Source: Tolypothrix carrinoi HA7290-LM1 (GTDB taxonomy: Bacteria; Cyanobacteriota; Cyanobacteriia; Cyanobacteriales; Nostocaceae). Taken from it: 32,441 bases of DNA. The DNA lies in the NCBI GenBank assembly GCA_019358935.1, contig JAHHIK010000095.1, forward strand, positions 1-32,441, read 5' to 3'. The notes beneath the pieces were generated by a model, which saw only the letters and a list, made by a program, of their open reading frames with translations, did no database searches and was not told the origin of the DNA. Of the stretch, positions 18,490 through 27,699 are shown in pieces (position 1 is the stretch's first letter; each line of letters begins with the position of its first letter). The position numbers and the translations under genes were made by a program.

Positions 18490-19382
18490 TTATTTCTTAC
18501 CCTTACGTATTTTTTGAAGAGCAATATACTACCACCCATCCTCATCTGGATTACTTACAGAACCCAAATCAACACATTTTTGCCAATGTGACAAAGCCTG
18601 TGTATTTGATGCTTTCTGCTTCTCCAATACCTGTGCCATCAAACAATGTGCTGCACCAGAGTTATGAATATACTTGCTAGTATCAGGATTTTCACTAATA
18701 TCAATAGCTGTTTTAAGATGTAAAATTGCTTCATCATATCTAGCTTGTTGAAGTCTCACCCAGCCGAGGAAGCTAAAAGATTTAAACCCAGCTTCGTCTC
18801 TTGATGGTATTGCTTAGGAATCTTCCTACCCAGTATCGGAATTTTCTTATCGAGTAATTTGGTAAACCCTTCCTCTCCAACTTTGGTGATTTCGCTACTT
18901 GCCTGTAGTAAAGTTAGGATACTGGGTACAGCCACAGCCGCAACACCGATAAATCCCACTCCCCCACCACTCAAAAAACGAGTAGCAATATTTACTAGTA
19001 AACTGATATTTGCAGCCCAACTAGCAAGCGAGAGTATTTTCCACAACCAATCCAAACTATCCCAAGCATGAGGTGCAATACTTTCCAACCTCCACCACCA
19101 AGCTTCAGCAGGAGGATGAACGCTCTCACGCCAATTTTCCCATGTGTCAGCTTGAATAACTTTGGTAATTGCTTCCGCGTTTTTCCTTAGTTCAGCATCT
19201 GATAAAATTAATTTGTTTAAGCTGCTATTAGGAATGTGTTTTGGTTCCTTTAAAGCTACTTGCACGGCATCCCGTGCATGTAGAACACCCAAAACCTGCT
19301 CAACTTCAATATTTGAGCCATCTAAACTCTTAATTGCTGCTTCATAACGCTCAAGTGTCGTATCTAGCTGGGTGTTTATCAT
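18490..19382 (-). pseudogene. Membrane-anchored TPR protein gene broken by a frameshift (probable internal deletion) near 18770 and a premature TAG at 18529-18531
   Basis: N-part with WWWRL and two TMs ends KLGLNLLASSAG*; another frame continues LGWVRLQQARYDEA..AAHCLMAQVLE..NPDEDGW*YIALQKIRKGKK* to TAA at 18490. Confidence 0.75.
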
Positions 19383-19525
19383 CTCATCGACCTAAGGATA
19401 AATACTGGCATAATACTTAAACTCATCAAGAGCCTCTAAGGGTTTTCCGGATATTTGTTTTTACTTAGCTAAAAAAACATACTGATTATCGCTCTTCTAT
19501 GACTCTGGGCAGAGAATAATCTCAT

Positions 19526-19670
19526 GAAGCCCCGACGATTAAAATCGCGCGCCAGGTGCTTCAACGCGACGGCACTTCCTTCAAGTCGGCAAAGCCGCCC
19601 AACGGAGTGCCTTGGGAACCCGCGCAACGCACTGGCTTGGCTACACAAACAAAGTCCGCCTGCGCGGACT
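19526..19670. repeat. Three nested small dispersed repeat elements
   Basis: Outer GAAGCCCCGACGATTAAAATCG...GCTACACAAACAAAGTCCGCCTGCGCGGACT, middle GCCAGGTGC...GCACTGGC (19551-19636), inner GGCACT...AGTGCC (19571-19611). Confidence 0.7.
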
Positions 19671-19767
19671 AACCTGAAAATAGGGTTTTAAATTTAATCT
19701 GGCGAGAGTAATAAAACAGCGTTATTCCGGGATAGAAAAGCATTGCCGTTTATCTAAATAAAACAAA

Positions 19768-19801
19768 AATCCCACCCCCTTCAAAGAGGTGGGAGCGTCA
19801 A
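19768..19801 (+). mobile_element. Solo IS200/IS605-type right-end hairpin
   Basis: TCCCACC-CCCTTCAAAGA-GGTGGGA stem followed by GCGTCAA (TCAA terminus); no associated ORF. Confidence 0.5.
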
Positions 19802-19898
19802 TCAATTACATCAGTTTCGCTAGTAGTCCACTAAAGAAACTTTGCTGGGTTTATGGTAAAAAAATAAAGTTATTTTCTCCCCTTGTCTTCTTCGGTCA

Positions 19899-22800
19899 TC
19901 AAGCCGTTTTCCCATCCTGCTGCGACCTAAGTTGTGCCTCTGGTTGAATTGAGCCAGCAGGTAAAGCTTCACGTCTGGCTCCTGACGCTCCATTGTGATT
20001 TGGGGTTTCTGGAGGGTTCGAGCCTCCTGGTGGACGCTTGCGAGAAAATATAGCGGCTTCCGCACTCTTAACCAAGATGTACAGAATAGGCACTAAAAAC
20101 AAACTTAAAAAGGTTGCCAGCAGCAGTCCCCCAAAAAGCGCTGTCCCCAAAGACCAACGGCTACTGGCTCCAGCACCCTCAGAGAGAACCAAAGGTAAAA
20201 ATCCTAACAGCGCGGCAAAAGAAGTCATTAAAATTGGTCGCAAACGTTCTTCCCCCGCTTTCACCGCTGCTCGTGTGATACTCATACCCTCCTCAAGTAG
20301 CTGATTGGCAAATTCCACCACCAAAATCGCGTTCTTCGCTGCCAAACCAATCAGAGTTACCAAACCTACTTGGCAATAGATATCATCTACCACTTTGGGA
20401 AAGAGGCTATCTGTCATAAAAACATTCGAGCGCAGCCAAATTGCCGTCATCGCTCCCAAGATGGCTAAGGGAACCGTCAGCAAAATAATGATCGGGTCAA
20501 TGTAACTTTCGTACTGAGCTGATAGCACCAGAAAGACAATAACGATCGCTAAAGCAAAAATCAGCGCTGTGGCTCCTCCAGAAGTCTTTTCTTGCAGATA
20601 AGTCCCCGTCCACTCGTAACCAAAACCTTGGGGTAAAACCTCTTTTGCTACTTCCTCCATCGCTTTAATCGCTTCTCCAGAACTCGCACCAGGAGCCGGA
20701 GCGCCCTGAATTTTGATCGATCTATACAAGTTATAATGCGTGATGGTTTTCGGTCCCACAAAGGGGGTAACTTGCACCAAATTGCTCAGAGGAATCATTG
20801 CCCCATTTCTAGAGCGAACATACAGCTTGCCAATATCATCAGGATTAGAGCGGAAAATCCCATCTGCCTGGATATATACCCGATACTGTCGCTGTCCCTG
20901 CACAAAGTCATTTACATATTGTGACCCTAAATAACTTTGCAACGCTCCAAAAATTTGGTTGATATCTACGTTAAGAGCTTTCGCTTGGTTGCGGTTCACC
21001 TGAATTTGAAATTGGGGAGTATTTGCAGTGAACTGAGTAAAAACTCGTTGCAAAACAGGCTTTTTATTCGCTGCCGCAATAACCTTTTGAGCATTCTCAA
21101 CTAAGGTTTCAATGGGAGCGCTCCCGGTTCGGTCTTGAACGATAAACTCAAAACCACCCGTACTACTCAACCCTCGAACCGGTGGAGCATTCACCGCAAT
21201 TACTCTGGCTTCTGTAATCGTTGATAGCTTTTTGTTCAGGTTTTGAAGTATTCCGTAGACAGACTGAGATTCTTCAGTTCTTTCTTTCCAGGGTTTCAAG
21301 TTGGCAAACGCAATTCCTAAATTAGAAGCATTTCCATCGAAACCAAAGCCAGAAATCATAAAACTAGCTCTCACCTGCGGAACCGATGTAACTTCTTTCG
21401 CAACCCGCTCCATAATAGATTCGGTGTACTTCAAAGAAACCCCATCCGGAGCCTGAACAATCACAAAGAAGTAACCCTGATCTTCCTCTGGAATAAATCC
21501 GGTAGGCACTGCTTTGTACATGAAAACCGTTGCCGCTAAACCAGCGAGAAAAACTCCAATGACAATCGGCTTGATATGGGTGAGGTAGCTAACAAACCGG
21601 ACATATCGACGCGTGAACCAAGCAAATCCGCGATTAAACAGCCCAAAGAACCACCCTAAAGGTCCCCGTCCAGGTTGAGCTGGGCGCATCAGGATAGCTG
21701 CCATACTGGGAGAGAAGGTTAAGGCATTGAAAGTCGAGATAGCGATCGAGCAAGCAACAGTTAACGCGAATTGTTTGTAGACAATACCAGTGGTTCCCGG
21801 AACAAAGGCAACGGGAATAAACACCGCCATCAGTACAAGTGAGGTGGCAATAATTGCTCCAGTTAACTCCTTCATTGCCTCCACAGCTGCCTCAAAGGGC
21901 TTCATGCCCTGCTCCAGCTTAACTGCAACTGCCTCTACTACAATAATCGCGTCATCGACAACGATACCGATCGCCAGAACGAAACCAAATAACGTCAGTG
22001 TATTGATCTGAAATCCTAAAACCAACAAAGCCGCACATGTCCCAACCAGAGAAACGGGAATCGCAACTGTAGGAATAATCGTAGTCCGCCAATCTTGCAA
22101 AAAGACAAAAATCACCAAGACTACCAGGATAACCGCCTCAACCAAGGTGTGCAGCACCTCTTCTAAGGAAATTTCCACAAACGGAGTAGTATCAAATGCA
22201 ACTTGTGCCTTCAGTCCAGGTGGAAAACTCTTCGTTAACTCTGTTATCCGCTCCTCAACAGCATGGGCAACTTGTAAAGCATTACTACCCGGAAGTTGAT
22301 ATATCCCCAAACCTACGGCTGCCTTCGGATTATTCCCTGGTAAGGTAAATTTAGCATCAGCAAGATAGTTCTCTGCCCCTAGTTCAACTCGACCCACATC
22401 TCTGACTTTAACTAAGGTGCTACTGCTGGGATTGGTGCTATTGCCAATTTGACCCACCTTTAGTATCATATCTTCAAATTCAGCCACATCTTTGAATCGA
22501 CTACTTGCCCGTAAAGCAAATTCAAAGCTCTGATTATCTGGTGCTGGTTCTTTACCAATTGCCCCTGCACCTACCTGAATATTCTGTTCTTGAAGGGCAG
22601 TTGCTACATCTTGCGGTGTCAGTTGATGTTGAGCAAGTTTGTTAGGATCGAGCCAGAGACGCATGGCATATTTGCGCTCTCCAAAAACCCTGGCACTTCC
22701 GACACCAGGAATCCGTTTGACTTGATCGAGAATAAGCAAATCAACATAGTTACTAATAAAAATGTTGTCATACTCATTATTTTCTGCGTAGAACCCATAA

Positions 22801-23219
22801 ACCAAAAGCAGACTGCTCGATGCCGTTTCCACATTAACACCGGTTCGTTGAACAGTCTCTGGCAATTGAGGTTCAGCCAGAGCTTGTTTATTTTGAACGT
22901 TGACTTGAGCAATATCGGGATTAACATTAGTTGGAAACGAGACAGTTATACTGCTAGCACCATCATTACCCGTGTTAGAAGACATGTAAGACACGTCTTT
23001 AACGCCATTAATTTGTCGTTCAATAATGTTGGTAACAGTATTTTCTGTTGTTTGAGCATCTGCACCAATATTGTTGGAGGTAACGGTGATTTGCACCGGC
23101 GCGAGGTCTGGTAGCTGAGAAATAGGCAGGATCGGAATACAGATGCTTCCCAGCAGCAAAATGATGATTGTACAGACGGTCGTCAGGACTGGACGTCTGA
23201 TAAAAGTATTGACAAACAT
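19899..23219 (-). CDS. RND efflux permease, AcrB/HAE1 family
   Basis: FIRRPV, GIVVDDAIIVVE, AAKNAILVVEFA and RLRPILMTS motifs. Confidence 0.96.
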   Translation of the reverse strand: MFVNTFIRRPVLTTVCTIIILLLGSICIPILPISQLPDLAPVQITVTSNNIGADAQTTENTVTNIIERQINGVKDVSYMSSNTGNDGASSITVSFPTNVNPDIAQVNVQNKQALAEPQLPETVQRTGVNVETASSSLLLVYGFYAENNEYDNIFISNYVDLLILDQVKRIPGVGSARVFGERKYAMRLWLDPNKLAQHQLTPQDVATALQEQNIQVGAGAIGKEPAPDNQSFEFALRASSRFKDVAEFEDMILKVGQIGNSTNPSSSTLVKVRDVGRVELGAENYLADAKFTLPGNNPKAAVGLGIYQLPGSNALQVAHAVEERITELTKSFPPGLKAQVAFDTTPFVEISLEEVLHTLVEAVILVVLVIFVFLQDWRTTIIPTVAIPVSLVGTCAALLVLGFQINTLTLFGFVLAIGIVVDDAIIVVEAVAVKLEQGMKPFEAAVEAMKELTGAIIATSLVLMAVFIPVAFVPGTTGIVYKQFALTVACSIAISTFNALTFSPSMAAILMRPAQPGRGPLGWFFGLFNRGFAWFTRRYVRFVSYLTHIKPIVIGVFLAGLAATVFMYKAVPTGFIPEEDQGYFFVIVQAPDGVSLKYTESIMERVAKEVTSVPQVRASFMISGFGFDGNASNLGIAFANLKPWKERTEESQSVYGILQNLNKKLSTITEARVIAVNAPPVRGLSSTGGFEFIVQDRTGSAPIETLVENAQKVIAAANKKPVLQRVFTQFTANTPQFQIQVNRNQAKALNVDINQIFGALQSYLGSQYVNDFVQGQRQYRVYIQADGIFRSNPDDIGKLYVRSRNGAMIPLSNLVQVTPFVGPKTITHYNLYRSIKIQGAPAPGASSGEAIKAMEEVAKEVLPQGFGYEWTGTYLQEKTSGGATALIFALAIVIVFLVLSAQYESYIDPIIILLTVPLAILGAMTAIWLRSNVFMTDSLFPKVVDDIYCQVGLVTLIGLAAKNAILVVEFANQLLEEGMSITRAAVKAGEERLRPILMTSFAALLGFLPLVLSEGAGASSRWSLGTALFGGLLLATFLSLFLVPILYILVKSAEAAIFSRKRPPGGSNPPETPNHNGASGARREALPAGSIQPEAQLRSQQDGKTA

Positions 23220-23378
23220 AAGCTATTAAAATAGGGCATGGGGCATTTAAAGAGGGGTAAAGGCAAAAGGAAAAAAGGGGAAAGGTAAGAAATAATATGC
23301 GCGAATTATTTGGAATCACTCTTTATTTTCTACACATGAGTCCCTTTTCCCTTTTCCCCCTCTTCCTTGGGCATTGGG

Positions 23379-23426
23379 GAGCCAGTGCGTTGGAAAGGCT
23401 CTGCCGACTTGAAGCATAGCCGCGTC
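23379..23426. repeat. Small dispersed repeat inserted in a GGGGCAT STRR array
   Basis: GAGCCAGTGCGTTGG..GCCGACTTGAAGCA..GCGTC; its reverse complement resembles the 19551-19636 elements. Confidence 0.7.
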
Positions 23427-23530
23427 ATGGGGCATGGGGCATGGGGCTAGAGAAAATTAATTTTCATACGTGCGTTGTGGGTTGCCAATTTGATCATTGT
23501 CTAGCTAAAAGATTGAAGAAAACAATTAGA

Positions 23531-23625
23531 ATAGGACTTACGCAAAAACTCTCTCGCTACTCTTATTCTCTGTGTCCTCTGTGCCCTCTGCGGTTCGTTT
23601 TTTCATTCTTCTGCGTAAGTCCTAT
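23531..23625. mobile_element. 95-bp MITE-like element with 14-bp terminal inverted repeats
   Basis: ATAGGACTTACGCA ... TGCGTAAGTCCTAT flanking CTCTGTG repeats. Confidence 0.75.
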
Positions 23626-23663
23626 AGAAATTAAAAACGCTTTTTCTCAATTCTTAATTGACT

Positions 23664-25241
23664 CTAATTGCTCGTTTCCTCACCCGCAGGCTTGATAGCA
23701 GCGCCATTTGTTAAGCTGAGAATGCCGGAAACAACGATTTTTTCACCAACCTTCAATCCTTCAATAACTTGATAATTATTCCCCTCAATAGCTCCTAACT
23801 TCACGGGCTTTTGTTGAGCCACTAAAGCCGGCATTCCTGGTGTGGGATTTTCCACCGCTTGAGCCACAAATACAAAAGTCTCTCCACCGATACGAGAGAT
23901 TGCTGTAACTGGAATTAAGATTCCTGGACGCTGATCCCAGATGACTCTGGTTGGTACTGACTGACGATTGAGCAGGGGTCCACCACCATTGGTAAAAATG
24001 GCTTTAGCTAAAACTGTCTGCGAATCTGCACTAGCATTTGGAGAGATAAAGCTTATTCTACCGCCTGCTGTTGGTTTGCGTTGGGCATCCAGCATTTGTA
24101 CTGGTAATCCCAAGCGCAACTGTTTGGCTTGGTCGAGAGGAACGTTTATATTTAATTCCAAAGAGTCGTTTTTGGTAAGTGTGGTGAGTTCGTCTCCTTT
24201 GCCTACATAGTCTCCCACTTTTACGGGGATGTCGCCAATTACGCCTGTGAAAGGAGCGAGAACTCTTGTATATTGGAGTTGGGCTTGTGCCGCTTGCACT
24301 TGACCTACCCCTTGAGTAACTTGCGATCGCGCTTGGGCAATTTCTTCAGTACGCGGTCCGTTCTCCAACTGCGTCAAATTTTGCTTTTCTTGTTCAACGG
24401 CTGCGGTTAACTCGCTAATATCAGAGCTTCTACTTTTGCGAAGTTGCTCTAGCTTTCTTTGAGCCTCTCGCAGTCTAGCTTCAGCGCTTCGTTGTTCTTG
24501 CAGATATCCTTCTAGCTGATCTTGAGAAACCGCACCCTCTGTTCTTAATTGTTGGTATCGCTTGCCCCGTGACTGTGCCAATACGACATCGGCTTTAGCT
24601 GCTTCAATTTGCGCTTGAGCCTGAGCAATTTCTTCTGGTTGCGCTCCTGCTTGGGCATCTGCGAGACGAGCTTGTGCTTGAGCTAACCTGGCTCTGCCTT
24701 GGGCAATTTCTTCAGTGCGCGTACCGGCTTTTAGCTGGGCAAGACGTGCATTGGATTGTTCTAGTGTTCCTTTTGCTTGTAGTAGTAGAGCTTCCGCATC
24801 ATCGCTTTGCAGGCGAATTATTACTTGCCCAGCTCTTGTGCGATCGCCTTCTTTAACTAAAATCTGACTTACTCGCCCTTCAATCTCTGGCTTTAATGTT
24901 ACTGAGCGTGCAGCCTCTAAAAAGCCAATAAATTCCGAACTCTGCCGTATAGTTCCCGTTTCTACAGTGGCTAGCTTGACAGGAACTGCCGGAGGTTTAC
25001 CAGCCGTTGCCGCAGAACCTGCACCTGCATTATCGCCACGATGCCACCAACGCCAACCTAAACCCGCACCTCCAATAATTATAAGGATAATTCCCAATAT
25101 CATGAGCCAATTTCGCTTTTTACGTGGCTGCAAAAGTTGCTCTTGTGCTATGGACTCTTGTTGAGCTTGACTCGAATCAGTTACAGTAACCTGTTGTGTT
25201 TCTACGGGTACAGAAGACTCAGGTAAATTAGATTGGGACAT
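23664..25241 (-). CDS. RND periplasmic adaptor (AcrA/HlyD-like) with extended coiled coil
   Basis: N-terminal TM, lipoyl half-motifs (LKPEIEGRVSQILVKEGD; APFTGVIG), repeated R.EEIAQA helices. Confidence 0.93.
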   Translation of the reverse strand: MSQSNLPESSVPVETQQVTVTDSSQAQQESIAQEQLLQPRKKRNWLMILGIILIIIGGAGLGWRWWHRGDNAGAGSAATAGKPPAVPVKLATVETGTIRQSSEFIGFLEAARSVTLKPEIEGRVSQILVKEGDRTRAGQVIIRLQSDDAEALLLQAKGTLEQSNARLAQLKAGTRTEEIAQGRARLAQAQARLADAQAGAQPEEIAQAQAQIEAAKADVVLAQSRGKRYQQLRTEGAVSQDQLEGYLQEQRSAEARLREAQRKLEQLRKSRSSDISELTAAVEQEKQNLTQLENGPRTEEIAQARSQVTQGVGQVQAAQAQLQYTRVLAPFTGVIGDIPVKVGDYVGKGDELTTLTKNDSLELNINVPLDQAKQLRLGLPVQMLDAQRKPTAGGRISFISPNASADSQTVLAKAIFTNGGGPLLNRQSVPTRVIWDQRPGILIPVTAISRIGGETFVFVAQAVENPTPGMPALVAQQKPVKLGAIEGNNYQVIEGLKVGEKIVVSGILSLTNGAAIKPAGEETSN

Positions 25242-25391
25242 CGTTGTTTTCTCTTCTTTTACTTAGACTTGGCAATCTGGCTTTAGCTGAAAAACCTGTG
25301 TTTCCATGATTTTCCCGCCATTTTTTGTCTACGTAAGTTTCGTATATTTGTGTTTTGTAAACCCTATATTTCTAGTTACAAAAAACTCGAA

Positions 25392-26039
25392 TTAATGCCT
25401 TTCTTGTTTTTTGAGAGAGAAATTATCTGTATTGATTGGTATAATGCTAATACCACGAACAAACAAATCAACGCAAGCATCGATGTAGCATTCACGGTTA
25501 TAGCTTACTGTAGTTGGGGTAGCAGTGCGACGCAACATTCCAGAAAGCAGCATACCTGTAAACATATCTACAGCCACTTCTACATCTATCTCTGGACGTA
25601 CTGTGCCGTTTTTTTGATTCTTCTGCAAGTATGCAATTAACTTTCTATACAGCGATTCAGCAGCATCATGTAATATTTGACAAGCAGCATTAGGATGTCG
25701 CTTCGCTTCCCCAATAAATGTCCGAATTAAACCTTCATGTTCCTCCAACATCTGATTGAATAGTGTTGCATAATGTCTTAAGTCGATGAGTAGATCCTGA
25801 GTCCATTCGTCCTCATTGGCTAAGGCTTCAGCCTGTAAAGCTATCATTTGCTGGATCACGGCTGCTAGTAGTTGCTCTTTGTTTTGAAAATGACGAAACA
25901 AAGTTACTTCGTTTACCTTTGCAACACGCGCAATCTCACGGGTTGTCGCTCCAGATAAACCTTCAAGAGCAAATACCTCAGTAGCTGCTTTAATCAATCG
26001 CGCACGAGTTTGGGCTGTCTTTGATGCAAAATTCTCCAC
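25392..26039 (-). CDS. TetR/AcrR family transcriptional regulator (GTG start)
   Basis: GATTREIARVAKVNEVTLFRHFQNKEQL helix-turn-helix. Confidence 0.95.
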   Translation of the reverse strand: MENFASKTAQTRARLIKAATEVFALEGLSGATTREIARVAKVNEVTLFRHFQNKEQLLAAVIQQMIALQAEALANEDEWTQDLLIDLRHYATLFNQMLEEHEGLIRTFIGEAKRHPNAACQILHDAAESLYRKLIAYLQKNQKNGTVRPEIDVEVAVDMFTGMLLSGMLRRTATPTTVSYNRECYIDACVDLFVRGISIIPINTDNFSLKKQERH

Positions 26040-26048
26040 AAAACGAAT

Positions 26049-26074
26049 GCAAGTAATTACTTGCCTATATTATA
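26049..26074 (-). promoter_or_regulatory. Probable TetR operator overlapping the tetR promoter
   Basis: Perfect 16-bp palindrome GCAAGTAATTACTTGC (26049-26064) between a minus-strand TATAAT (26069-26074) and the start codon. Confidence 0.75.
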
Positions 26075-26121
26075 AGCAGATACAGGTAAATATTTGTCAG
26101 CATTAGATATTGACAATGGAG

Positions 26122-26302
26122 AATGGGGCATCGGGCATCGGGCATCGGGCATCGGGCATCGGGCATCGGGCATCGGGCATCGTCCAAGTGAAATTCTGAA
26201 ACTTCTTTTTATTCCCCTTGTCCCCTTGTCCCCTTTCCCCTTTCAAGAATGCCCATTGCCCATTGCCCCATGCCCATTGCCCATTGCCCCATGCCATTGC
26301 CC
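26122..26302. repeat. STRR arrays (GGCATCG)n, CCCCTTGT and (GCCCATT)n
   Basis: Tandem 7/8-mers between divergent genes. Confidence 0.9.
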
Positions 26303-26384
26303 AGTCACTGCGTATGAGAAACACAGCTACAATGAAAGTAGTTAGACTTTATTGAGATTTGTAAATTAGGGATAAGCTGTTGTC

Positions 26385-27404
26385 ATGGCTCCCGCTGTTT
26401 TAATTCAAAACCTACAAAAGCGCTACGGCACGGTTGAAGCCGTCAAAGATGTCTCCTTTCAGGTAGAGCCAGGAGAAATCTTTGGTTTACTCGGTCCCAA
26501 CGGAGCCGGGAAAACAACTACTTTGCGTACCTTATGTACTCTTACCACACCAGATGCTGGCAAAATTGAAGTATCTGGTATTTCTGTGTTAGACAATCCG
26601 AAAGCTGTAAGACAAAGATTAGGCTATGTAGCGCAGGAAGTTGCTCCAGATAAAGTGCTGACAGGACGAGAACTGCTGCAACTGCAAGCGGCACTTTATC
26701 ACTTACCTGGCAAGATAATAAAGGAGCGGGTAAATACGATGTTAGATTTACTCGGTTTGCAGGAATACGCCAATAAAAAGACAGGAACATACTCTGGCGG
26801 TTTACGCAAGCGTCTCGATTTGGCTGCTGGATTACTTCATGCACCGGATGTTTTAGTTTTAGATGAACCAACGGTAGGACTTGACATAGATAGCCGTTTT
26901 GTGGTATGGGATTTTTTACGGAAGTTGCGTGCGGCTGGAACAACAGTATTAATTACCAGCCATTATTTAGAAGAAATTGACGCGCTAGCCGATCGCGTGG
27001 CAATTATTGATCGCGGTGTTGTAATTGCCGCCGGCACACCATCAGAGTTGAAAGATAAATTAGGGGGCGATCGCATTACTTTGCGAATCCGCGAATTTTC
27101 TCCACAAGAAGAAGCAGAAGAAGCCAAAAACCTCTTGCAATCTTTGCCTTTTGTCCAAGAAGTCATCATCAACAGCGCACAAGGTAATTCCCTCAACTTG
27201 GTGGTAACACAGCAAAACGATGCTTTAATTACCATCCAACAAAAGCTGAATTCCGCAGGCTTACCGATGTTTGGTATCGCCCAATCTCGCCCTAGTTTAG
27301 ATGATGTTTACCTCGCTGCCACAGGACGCACATTGATGGATGCAGAACTAGCTGCCGCAGCAAATCGCGATCCGAAAGCAGAAAAGAAACAAAATATGAG
27401 ATAG
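26385..27404 (+). CDS. ABC exporter ATP-binding subunit, DrrA family
   Basis: GPNGAGKTT, YSGG, LVLDEPT, SHY and PSLDDVYL motifs. Confidence 0.95.
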   Translation: MAPAVLIQNLQKRYGTVEAVKDVSFQVEPGEIFGLLGPNGAGKTTTLRTLCTLTTPDAGKIEVSGISVLDNPKAVRQRLGYVAQEVAPDKVLTGRELLQLQAALYHLPGKIIKERVNTMLDLLGLQEYANKKTGTYSGGLRKRLDLAAGLLHAPDVLVLDEPTVGLDIDSRFVVWDFLRKLRAAGTTVLITSHYLEEIDALADRVAIIDRGVVIAAGTPSELKDKLGGDRITLRIREFSPQEEAEEAKNLLQSLPFVQEVIINSAQGNSLNLVVTQQNDALITIQQKLNSAGLPMFGIAQSRPSLDDVYLAATGRTLMDAELAAAANRDPKAEKKQNMR

Positions 27405-27697
27405 GGAATGGGGCATTGGGCAATGGGCATGGGGCATGGGGGAGGCAGTGCGGTGAGGCAGCCCCCGTCTTGGCGGTTCCCGTCGATGGGGGACTGCCGA
27501 ACCCGTAAGGGTCTTGGTGTCGGACCTGCGTGGAGCACCTGCCGTCATGGGACATGGGGCATGGAAAGAATTGTATTAGAACGCGCACCCGCGTAAAGCC
27601 GCTTCTTTAATGCCCAATGCCCATTGCCTATTGCCCATTGCCCATTGCCCATTGCCCATTGCCCATTGCCCAATCCAAAATCTAAAATCCAAAATCG
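27405..27697. repeat. STRR arrays with two nested small elements (27442-27546 outer, 27455-27512 inner)
   Basis: GGGCAT(T/G)G repeats, GAGGCAG...CTGCCG ends twice, then (GCCCATT)n and AATCCAA repeats. Confidence 0.8.
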
Positions 27698-27699
27698 AT

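Noticed and set aside
18489..18545. Longer start of the secreted TPR protein
   Set aside because: It overlaps the tail of the upstream gene; ATG 18488 gives a clean signal peptide.
19820..25640. Antisense and alternate-frame ORFs over the RND operon (e.g. 22590-23114)
   Set aside because: Shadows of well-conserved genes with no recognisable motifs.
26094..27699. Short ORFs at 26094-26345 and 27292-27596, and the 27610 extension of the permease
   Set aside because: Translations of heptamer repeats and small elements; no coding signal.
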